From the NCBI GenBank assembly GCA_022843095.1, contig JALHOH010000001.1, positions 630,001 through 662,000 on the forward strand: 32,000 nucleotides of DNA, written 5' to 3'. Each line of letters begins with the position of its first letter. Within the stretch, counting starts at the first letter, position 1. The stretch comes from Candidatus Saccharimonadota bacterium (lineage in GTDB: Bacteria > Patescibacteriota > Patescibacteriia > 2-12-FULL-60-25). Under the pieces are notes generated by a model. The model had not been told where the DNA came from, searched no databases, and saw only the letters and a list, made by a program, of their open reading frames with translations. Made by a program: the position numbers and the translations under genes. Of the stretch, positions 18,189-25,451 are shown in pieces.

Positions 18189-20621
18189 CTATCGGTGTCT
18201 GCTAGGTAGTCGTTGCATTGGGAAAATTGGATCTGCTGTGTTGAGCGCTACTTCAAACAGCGTTCGGAACTGAGCAGGCTCATTTCGACCATCTCGAATC
18301 CAGAATAGCTCATGTCGGACGACAGAGTTGCCGTTTCGCTGACTGAACGAGAGTCGTCCGACATTGTTTAGTCCAACGATGATCGTCCCATCAGTTGCAC
18401 TGCGTTGGTCCTGTCGGGCGCCCCGAATCATGTCTGAACGCCACCACCAGTCATAGTAACCTTGGATTGCGTCGTCACCGGGCAGCGAAGTGCCCGGAAC
18501 AAACGTCTCATCAAACACCACACACCCAGGTGAGTCGGCAGTCGGAAGTAGGAGCCGAGTATACCCTACGAAATTTTCGAGTGCGTAGACACCTAGAGTT
18601 AGTTGTAGTTGATGCAAGATACGAGACATTGCTGAGTTGATCCCAACCGTCAGGCGCGGGTGAGGGATACTCACTCGAGATTCAATCGTTGGAAACTGTG
18701 ATGGCGTGTGTGTGTTTAGGAGGCCTCGACGAAAGAAGCCAAAGGGAATGTGATTGTTGTGGAGGCTGATTGTGTTGGCATCTTGCTTTAGAGCACCACT
18801 CGACACGCACTGCACAAAGAGGCACGAGTTTAGCGTTGTGGATGACGGTTCGCCTCCAACTCGGTAGTACTGAAAGAGCGCTCGGGCGGTGTAGGCAAAG
18901 TGAATATCTCCGCTCAGCAAAACCACAGGAGCATTGTCTGATCGCTGAGCAAGTCCGAGAAATAACCTATAAATACCGACATCGTCTAGTTCCCAGCCTT
19001 CCGACAAGTCATTGACGTGAATTTCCGATGGGGAAAGCAATCGCAGCCCAGTACGCTTTATCTCTACCATTGCCGGATGCGTGAGCACAGGCTGTGAGAC
19101 TGCGACGATCGTTAGCGCGGTACGACCCCCGTCTCGTCGTCTCGATACTTGGGATCGCGCTGAATCAGGATCAAGAAGAGCTAGGTCAATCTCTCGTGAG
19201 GGCGTGGGCGCGCCGTCAACTCGAGCGTCGCGAAAAGTTCTTCGCGTACGACAATCCAGTCCGAGAAGTTCGTAGTTCCATTCTGGTTCGGTCACCGAAA
19301 AATGCCACTGCGAAGCAACGTCTTCACGTGCGGGCACCAGCTTCCCAGATGATGCGTAGATCGAATGGTTTGGCATACCAAGCCTTGACACCCACGCGGA
19401 ACGTCCCGCAATCGGGTAACCTGCGGCTGCCCATGTTTGCACTACTTGGAGTAGCGAGCCGGCTGGGCCAGAACCAGCAAAAAGCGAGGGAACATTGCCG
19501 ATGTGCTGACAGAGGAGATACGCAAGCAATGCGTTCTCGGTATAGCGTTGAGCTAGCTCACGCCGACGCGAATCTGATGACATCATCCCCCCGGCTAGCC
19601 AGGCAGAATCGATGTTCCAGTCGTCAGTCACTTCGTGGTCGTCAAACAGCATTAGTGTGGAAACGTTGGCAAGAACTCGACGTACGCGCGTCGTGGACGT
19701 CGCAAAATTCATTGCTCTGTCAATCTCGCCTTGGAACTCAGCTCGACGACGCGCTTCCCTCTCAGGACCTCCCCAAACTGGGCTCCCGTGGGCAGGCCAG
19801 GGAAATTCGTCGCGCTCAGGCCACAAGACGGGCGACCACGCCAGAATATACAGGACCAGATACTCTGTAAAGCGAAGTGCGTGTCCGCTAAGCGAGTCTG
19901 ACGTGATACCACAATCACGTGCGAACTGAGCACGGCGATCGAAGCGAAAATCCTCGAAAACTACCCCGTCACGAGCGTCCCCAATGAATGGTTCGTTTGA
20001 GCCAGCAAGAATCCGTGCAACATGGTAAGCGTAGCTGCCGACTACAGGGCTGACGCTGTCGGCATAGATCTGATCGCCAGTTAGCCAGAGCAAGTGTGGT
20101 CGTTCAGACAGTAGCGAATCCCCTCTTGAGGACATCCATGAATCGAATTCTCCGAGCGCGTCAGCACCGACACCAGTCGTCGCGCGACACGAAGCGTGAA
20201 TAAGGCGAAGATTGCGATAGTCTGATGGAGGAACCAAAAACGACGGCAGGGTCGAACCATTGTATCCGAGTGTTGGTAACGACGCTCCATGTGCCGCGAG
20301 GACGCCTGGTGAATTGAGTCGATGAACTACTGTATCCTCCGTGCGTAGAACAACATCGTAGTACACAAGTCCGTTTGTCGCTGCCAAGCTTGAGATATCT
20401 GTTACCGTGACCAAGCAGAGGTGTAGGTGGCGAGCAATGGCGATTGAAGCGCGCGTTCCGGTAACGGACCGACCGCTTTGACTTGCTTCGACAGTGCACT
20501 CAACAGATCGGGAAGTAATGAGCCAAATCGACGCGCTGCGGGGAGTGACCCGCCGCACGATCGGGCCAACAAGGATGAGCGGAAGCTGTGAAATTCGCGA
20601 TGAGAAATCTCGAAACGTCAT
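18189..20621 (-). CDS. PhoD-like metallophosphatase family protein (810 aa), no signal peptide, long C-terminal extension
   Basis: The ATG overlaps the upstream stop (ATGA at 20618-20621). PhoD-type motifs occur in order: LRLIHASCRAT (SC motif), LLWLTGDQIYAD, LFDDHEVTDDW and VVLLSGDIHFAY. The N-terminus MTFRDFSSRISQLPLILVGPIVRRVTP has no Tat or Sec signal. Confidence 0.7.
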   Translation of the reverse strand: MTFRDFSSRISQLPLILVGPIVRRVTPRSASIWLITSRSVECTVEASQSGRSVTGTRASIAIARHLHLCLVTVTDISSLAATNGLVYYDVVLRTEDTVVHRLNSPGVLAAHGASLPTLGYNGSTLPSFLVPPSDYRNLRLIHASCRATTGVGADALGEFDSWMSSRGDSLLSERPHLLWLTGDQIYADSVSPVVGSYAYHVARILAGSNEPFIGDARDGVVFEDFRFDRRAQFARDCGITSDSLSGHALRFTEYLVLYILAWSPVLWPERDEFPWPAHGSPVWGGPEREARRRAEFQGEIDRAMNFATSTTRVRRVLANVSTLMLFDDHEVTDDWNIDSAWLAGGMMSSDSRRRELAQRYTENALLAYLLCQHIGNVPSLFAGSGPAGSLLQVVQTWAAAGYPIAGRSAWVSRLGMPNHSIYASSGKLVPAREDVASQWHFSVTEPEWNYELLGLDCRTRRTFRDARVDGAPTPSREIDLALLDPDSARSQVSRRRDGGRTALTIVAVSQPVLTHPAMVEIKRTGLRLLSPSEIHVNDLSEGWELDDVGIYRLFLGLAQRSDNAPVVLLSGDIHFAYTARALFQYYRVGGEPSSTTLNSCLFVQCVSSGALKQDANTISLHNNHIPFGFFRRGLLNTHTPSQFPTIESRVSIPHPRLTVGINSAMSRILHQLQLTLGVYALENFVGYTRLLLPTADSPGCVVFDETFVPGTSLPGDDAIQGYYDWWWRSDMIRGARQDQRSATDGTIIVGLNNVGRLSFSQRNGNSVVRHELFWIRDGRNEPAQFRTLFEVALNTADPIFPMQRLPSRHR

Positions 20622-21163
20622 GTGTGGTGCTCGGATGTTGAGGAGTCGCTAAGCCATCGGAATTTTTCACGAGCTGTGACCAAGATCGTCGAACCTACAA
20701 CCAACCACGCGACGAACCCGAGTACGACATTTTCGACATAGATCCACTCGATCGAATCTCCGACGATCGTTGCCGGGTGACGCGAATACGACGACGAGAG
20801 CACTAGCAGCCATTCCGCCAATGGTAGTACGATCGCAACTATTGTGGCAATCGCAATGGCGGAGCTAAGTTTGAGTTGGGTCTTGGGTTGATTCTTGCTT
20901 TTCGTGGCGCAAGCTAACCTAGAAACAAGCAGGTACACCAACGCAGCAATCTGTAGGCACAATGACCATTCTTGTGAGTAGCCATAGATTGGGCCAGTGC
21001 CGATTGTTGCTCCGCTAGGGTGCCAGTGGCTCGCCGCCTTTCTCCATTGGTATACTCCCAACATGAGCGAAGTAGCAGCAACGGAGACATCGAGCGTCAT
21101 GGAGACGAGACGAAGATTTCGGCGTTGAGTGGCAACAAGATGTTCGGATGGTTTCAATGTCAT
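20618..21163 (-). CDS. small integral membrane protein (181 aa, about 4 TM segments)
   Basis: ATG at 21163 has GGAGG 5 nt upstream. The hydrophobic segments are VSVAATSLMLGVY, LCLQIAALVYLLVSRLA, SSAIAIATIVAIVLPLAEWLLVL and VVLGFVAWLVVGSTILV. Confidence 0.75.
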   Translation of the reverse strand: MTLKPSEHLVATQRRNLRLVSMTLDVSVAATSLMLGVYQWRKAASHWHPSGATIGTGPIYGYSQEWSLCLQIAALVYLLVSRLACATKSKNQPKTQLKLSSAIAIATIVAIVLPLAEWLLVLSSSYSRHPATIVGDSIEWIYVENVVLGFVAWLVVGSTILVTAREKFRWLSDSSTSEHHT

Positions 21164-21202
21164 CCAGACCTCCGTTTAGGCGTCTCGATATTGCTTGATT
21201 GA

Positions 21203-21463
21203 TCAACTTAATCTTGCCCATCGCGCTTCGGTGTTGCTTCGCTGCTCACGATCCTCTATAGAGGCGAGATCGAGCCGATGCGGGCGACGCACCGTTGTTG
21301 GGTTGCGTTCGAGATCGAATTCGGCGTGGAAGTTTCGATCGAATGGAGCCGGCCGAAACTCGCGCGGAGGATATGTTCGAACAAAGGATTTGCGCACAGT
21401 AGTTTCTCGTCTAGGCAAGATCACTTTCTCGGCATACTCGTACGCTGATCTCTTCGTCGTCAT
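21203..21463 (-). CDS. small basic hypothetical protein (86 aa)
   Basis: ATG at 21463 is preceded by GGAGTAACAAGG, 5 nt after the upstream TAA. The product is Arg/Glu-rich (MTTKRSAYEYAEKVILPRRETTVRKSF...). The upstream 21 codons of the ORF-track entry overlap the previous gene. The call rests mainly on position and the SD site. Confidence 0.5.
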   Translation of the reverse strand: MTTKRSAYEYAEKVILPRRETTVRKSFVRTYPPREFRPAPFDRNFHAEFDLERNPTTVRRPHRLDLASIEDREQRSNTEARWARLS

Positions 21464-21468
21464 CCTTG

Positions 21469-21774
21469 TTACTCCATCACCTCGACAACGCCGGCTGTCA
21501 GCGGTCCCGCGGCGATCGCGCTCCACGGCTTCTCCACGGCATCGCCGTGCAACTCTCGCGTGATCGTGAGGAACGCTCCTCCGGCCACGAGCACCATGCC
21601 ACCGCTGATACCGACCGAGGATTCCGTGCTGACCGTGTAGGCCCCGGCAACAGGTGGGGAGAAGACAAGCGCGACGCGCTGCGTGCTGGCTCCGACCACT
21701 TGTGAGGCGGAGGTGTCAACGGCAATTGGCCTGACTCGGCTGCTTCGTTTTGGGGCGCCGCGCTCGCTCATCAT
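21469..21774 (-). CDS. small hypothetical protein (101 aa)
   Basis: The ATGATG start at 21774 overlaps the stop of the first operon gene (ATGA at 21771-21774). Third positions are strongly G/C. The product is MMSERGAPKRSS...VSTESSVGISGGMVLVAGGAFLTITRELHGDAVEKPW. The longer ORF-track version (to 22107) overlaps the upstream gene out of frame. Confidence 0.65.
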   Translation of the reverse strand: MMSERGAPKRSSRVRPIAVDTSASQVVGASTQRVALVFSPPVAGAYTVSTESSVGISGGMVLVAGGAFLTITRELHGDAVEKPWSAIAAGPLTAGVVEVME

Positions 21775-22583
21775 CCCACCTGCGCCTTTCCGTTGTCCTT
21801 CGATCCGAGGTAGACGACCTGCAGCGCGCCTGTGAAGTTGATGATGGTCGCCGAGGTCACCGCGAACATCTCGAGTCGAGGGGGCGAATACGATTCGAAT
21901 CGCCCCCACTCCCCCAACGACCCGTCGTAGAACACATCGGCGGTACGTTGTCCGGCTGCTTCTGTGCCGATTGTTCCGGGCCGCAGCACTTGATTGTCGA
22001 ACGTCAGGCGGGCGGAGAGCACGCCTGCTCCTTGCAGTTCCAGCCCAATGACGGCGTATGTGCCGGCTGCCAGGGTATCCTCGAACGTAAAGGTCGCGCT
22101 CTGCCACTGGAACGGATTGGTGGCGACGCTCGCTTGGGTGCCGGAGAACCGCACCCAGTACCGCGGCCCAGTGGGGGCAGCGACGTACTTGTCCTGCAAC
22201 ATCAGGAACGCGTACGTGGTGAGGCCTGGTCCGGTCCCTGCGGCCTCGACCTGGATCTCTTCCTGACGTCCGAGAGTGATGTTGGAAAACACAGCGACGT
22301 TCGGGTCTGTGGGCACAACAAACGCTGGCGCAGTACCCAGGCTCAGTGCGGTCGGTACGACCTGAATGTTTGCGATCTTGCGTACCTGTGGTGTGCTGAT
22401 CCGGGCCGCAACAATGGGAGTCTCCCCGATCACGAACGCACCGATGAGATCCATCGGCATCGTCGTGAGCAGGCGATTGTTCGTGATCTGCATCTGGTTC
22501 TCGTTCAGCCCAGCGGCAGAGAGATTGGCGTATGCGTTGGGGGCTCCTGCCGAGCCAGAGTATGCGCCGACGTGAAATGGCAT
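21771..22583 (-). CDS. beta-rich hypothetical protein (270 aa); first gene of the large operon and paralog of 4790-5536
   Basis: ATG at 22583 (MPFHVGAYSG...) has GGGAGG 7 nt upstream. This N-terminus aligns with MTFHLASFVG of the paralog, so I reject the TTG start at 22637 given in the ORF track. Confidence 0.8.
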   Translation of the reverse strand: MPFHVGAYSGSAGAPNAYANLSAAGLNENQMQITNNRLLTTMPMDLIGAFVIGETPIVAARISTPQVRKIANIQVVPTALSLGTAPAFVVPTDPNVAVFSNITLGRQEEIQVEAAGTGPGLTTYAFLMLQDKYVAAPTGPRYWVRFSGTQASVATNPFQWQSATFTFEDTLAAGTYAVIGLELQGAGVLSARLTFDNQVLRPGTIGTEAAGQRTADVFYDGSLGEWGRFESYSPPRLEMFAVTSATIINFTGALQVVYLGSKDNGKAQVG

Positions 22584-22956
22584 TCGTGACCTCCCGTGAG
22601 TTTCATCAATCGTCCGCGACGGCACGACGCAAGTCAACGCACTCGGGTAGCAAACCGGCCGCGAGTCATGCCGAGTAACGTCTCGGTGTTTGGTATGATT
22701 GCCTGCAGGATCAAAGCAAAGCAGTCCGAGTTATTCCGGGGGTTGCTGCATAAGCATGGACAATGCGGATGCTGGATTGGGCACCGGAGAGCGACCGCTC
22801 ATTCGTGAAAAATCGACCCGTCTCAGCGCGAAACACGAAGATTGAAGTCATGCTCGCCGCGTTGACGTGATTCGTGAATCAATTCTCGCGGCTTATCACA
22901 ACGATGATGATGCTCGACACATTGTCAGGAACCTACTCGTGTGCTAGGGCCAGCCA
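22584..22956. promoter_or_regulatory. divergent intergenic region, presumably holding promoters for the large operon (minus) and the lipoprotein gene (plus)
   Basis: This 373-nt non-coding gap at about 50% GC lies between divergently oriented genes. A TTGACT hexamer sits on the minus strand at 22637-22632, about 50 nt upstream of the ATG, but I found no convincing -10 partner. No sigma-54 TGGCAC-N5-TTGC match was found by eye. Confidence 0.35.
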
Positions 22957-23451
22957 ATGATTGTTACGCTGCGGCGTTTGGCTCCGTTAGTTTGCGTGTT
23001 TGTCGGCTGCGCCTCTCCGACCCCGGTCGGCGATTCCTCTGTTGATTCCGCAGCGGTTGACGCTGCACCAGAGGATGTGAGCGCGCAGCTTCAGTTTCAG
23101 CGGAACCTGGAGCGGGGAACCTGGTCGCGCATGCACCCAACGCTCAACATCGTCTACCGCTACGAGTTTCGCGGTGGGCGCGTGAGCCGCGTGCGTGACT
23201 GGATGATGTCGGCCTGCCTCGAGCGCACCACGTTCGAGGGTCTGTATACGCTCCTCGCTAACTTGCTCACCGTGCGGTTCGAAACTGGAACGATCGAGCG
23301 TACAGGCTGCAGCATGGCCCAAGAGAACCAACCGCTCACGCCGCTGCCGGCCGAAGCGATCACGATGGCGAACCATACCGCGACCCTGCGAATCACGGGT
23401 GACACGCTCACGCTCACCCGCGACGGTATGGACGAAGTCTACACGCGCTGA
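22957..23451 (+). CDS. probable lipoprotein (164 aa), function unknown
   Basis: The N-terminus MIVTLRRLAPLVCVFVGCASPTP is a signal peptide with a lipobox-like FVGC. Codon bias is good. Confidence 0.7.
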   Translation: MIVTLRRLAPLVCVFVGCASPTPVGDSSVDSAAVDAAPEDVSAQLQFQRNLERGTWSRMHPTLNIVYRYEFRGGRVSRVRDWMMSACLERTTFEGLYTLLANLLTVRFETGTIERTGCSMAQENQPLTPLPAEAITMANHTATLRITGDTLTLTRDGMDEVYTR

Positions 23452-23734
23452 GGTCTGGGCGGCCGCCGACTTCGCCGACGCTACACGATGAGTGAGCGAC
23501 CTCGTCGCCCGAAGTTCTGGGACTGTTGGATCCACGACAATCTTCCCCCTGGTGCCACTGCGTTGTTGGCGGAACGAACCACGCGACGAATTTGTGTGCG
23601 CGGCATAGGATCGCGCGACGCAGCGCGTGTCGATCGATCCATGCTTTCGCTCTATTGCTCGAGCAGCACTCACCACCCTTTCCTCAACGTCTCCTCATGG
23701 GATCTGACGCTCCCGCTCGCGCCCTTCAACAACC

Positions 23735-24181
23735 ATGACGAACGCAGAACTGAAACGCGCCATCGGCGCGCTCGCGCAGGATCTCGCAGACAAAGTGATC
23801 GCCGCCTTGATCACGCTGCCGCTTCGATCTCTCGCAAGCAACGCTGATCGCGCCACGGTCACGCCGCGGGATGCGGCAGCACCCGGCCGTCCCTCAGCCC
23901 GGCGCCGGGAAACGCGCCGCCCGACCCGCGCGACTCGCTCGAAGTCCACGAAGCGATCGGCGACACGCCCGCTCGACAAAGAAGTGCTCGCAGTGCTCCA
24001 ACACAGCAAAGAGTGGATGACAGGGGAACTGATCAAGCGAGAACTCCGCGAAGCGCCCGACCGTCAGGTGCTCTCCCTCACGCTCCGAGCGATGCACAAC
24101 GACGGCCTCGTCGTGAAGCGGGGAGCGACGCGCGCCACTGAATACCAAGTCACGAGGAAGGGGCTCGAAACCAGCGTGTAG
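23735..24181 (+). CDS. small DNA-binding-like protein (148 aa) with a basic linker and a C-terminal winged-helix-like domain
   Basis: A basic stretch, RRRETRRPTRATRSKSTKRSATRP, is followed by EVLAVLQHSKEWMTGELIKRELREAPDRQVLSLTLRAMHNDGLVVKRGATRATEYQVT, which has a MarR/wHTH-like pattern. No clear SD site. Confidence 0.6.
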   Translation: MTNAELKRAIGALAQDLADKVIAALITLPLRSLASNADRATVTPRDAAAPGRPSARRRETRRPTRATRSKSTKRSATRPLDKEVLAVLQHSKEWMTGELIKRELREAPDRQVLSLTLRAMHNDGLVVKRGATRATEYQVTRKGLETSV

Positions 24182-24340
24182 CGACGGAACGACGTCTCTC
24201 GCCCGACCCAAGAGCCGAGCGCTTGGCGATCCCCGAGACGGCTGAACAGGGCGACGCGCCTTCCCACGCTCAAGTGCGACTCGAGTAACGAGCTGAGTGT
24301 CTAGCCGCAGCGCTCGCTTCTGTCGTTGCCGCAAAGGGGG

Positions 24341-25303
24341 TCACTCGATCACGTCGAGCGCCTCTGCCGGAATCGACGTGAACAGCGCGCTGCGCAACCG
24401 CCTCGCCCTGTCGTGCTGGTAGTCGAGTTCGTGTGCCCGAAGCTCCGCGATGATCCGAGCGAGTGCGCGCGCTGTGGGGTACGCCATCTCTTCCGGCATC
24501 GCGCGCAAGAACGACTCGACGGACTCCAAGAGATTGTAGTCGTCCCAGATATGCAGCTCGAGCATATCGACGAACACGGCGTCCCATGCGGATGCCGCGG
24601 TGAGGTCGAGGTAGGAGCGTTCGATCGAGGCGCACACCATCGCCATGTCCGAGCCCGAGTCGTCGACGTGTTCCATACACTCGAAGATCGCGGTGAGCGC
24701 GCACCGATGAAGCGCCAGGAGCTTGTAGGTGCACCGTGCGCGGCGACTTTCGCGCTCGACGACTCCTTCGATTGTGTGTGCGAGGAACGAGACCCCCGAC
24801 CATTCGCACGTCTGCGCGTCGCGTATGAGCGGAGCGAAAAGCGCTTCATACCTCGCCGGGTTGACTGGAAACTGCGCCCAGTGACCACGCAGCGCTCGTT
24901 GCGCGAGCATACGCTTCGGAGGGTTCATCATCGCCTTCGTCTTGGTGTGGGGCCCATCGCGCCACACCCGCTTCATCGCCTTCCTCTTCAGCCATTCGCT
25001 CGCACGTTCTTCGCCATCGAGGACCTCCGCGGGCGTCATCGCGAGCGCGGAGAGGCGTGCCTGCAGGTCATCGATCTGCGCGATCAGCGCCTCGGCGGCG
25101 ACACTCTCGTTGCGCTTCTTCGAGCGAGCGCGAAACTCTGCGCGCATGCCGGCAAGTCCGTTGTGCGTGTCTAGCGCAAGGCGCAACAGCCAGCGATCCC
25201 AGTGACAGAAGGCGACGCCGTTCATCTCGCACCACGGCTCTGCGCCCGAGCGCGGAGCGTCGTCGAGGGGCCGTTCGGTCTCGCGCGTCGCGGGGCGAGT
25301 CAC
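24341..25303 (-). CDS. hypothetical protein (320 aa), apparently all-alpha, downstream of the SbcC/YhaN-like gene
   Basis: Long ORF with G/C third-position bias on the same strand, 148 nt after the ATPase gene. The start is uncertain: GTG at 25303 has no SD site, and ATG at 25225 is an alternative. No recognisable motif. Confidence 0.6.
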   Translation of the reverse strand: MTRPATRETERPLDDAPRSGAEPWCEMNGVAFCHWDRWLLRLALDTHNGLAGMRAEFRARSKKRNESVAAEALIAQIDDLQARLSALAMTPAEVLDGEERASEWLKRKAMKRVWRDGPHTKTKAMMNPPKRMLAQRALRGHWAQFPVNPARYEALFAPLIRDAQTCEWSGVSFLAHTIEGVVERESRRARCTYKLLALHRCALTAIFECMEHVDDSGSDMAMVCASIERSYLDLTAASAWDAVFVDMLELHIWDDYNLLESVESFLRAMPEEMAYPTARALARIIAELRAHELDYQHDRARRLRSALFTSIPAEALDVIE

Positions 25304-25451
25304 GAAGGCGAACGTTATCGCACTTCGGCGCTGGATTCGCGCTCGCTCGCCACGTCGCTACTTCTGGCAAAGATGAGGGTGAGTCTTCGCTTTTCGCAAC
25401 GCCACACTCCAACCATCGAACGGCGATGGCTGCGCTGCTCCCGTGGATTCG

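Noticed and set aside
4790-22583. Interpreting the large operon as a contractile injection system, T6SS, phage tail, Tc toxin, RHS or PKS/NRPS cluster.
   Set aside because: I could not see any sheath, tube, baseplate, VgrG/PAAR, ClpV-type ATPase, RHS/YD, TcA/TcB-like or condensation/KS/adenylation motifs. Without a search this is absence of evidence only, so the operon is reported as uncharacterised rather than assigned.
22596-22808. 70-aa plus-strand ORF inside the divergent promoter region.
   Set aside because: It has no SD site, low-complexity basic sequence and sits in the about 50% GC intergenic region. It is more likely non-coding regulatory DNA.
22584-22956. Sigma-54 (TGGCAC-N5-TTGC) or clean sigma-70 promoter upstream of the operon.
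   Set aside because: Only a lone TTGACT hexamer (22637-22632, minus strand) was found, without a properly spaced -10 element. GG-N10-GC candidates did not fit the consensus, so no specific promoter is called.
22987-25174. Antisense ORFs opposite the lipoprotein, wHTH and 320-aa genes: 22987-23676(-), 23695-24036(-), 24326-25174(+), 24349-24888(-).
   Set aside because: They are shadow ORFs with Arg-rich translations. The opposite-strand or alternate-frame genes have signal peptide, wHTH or better codon-bias support.
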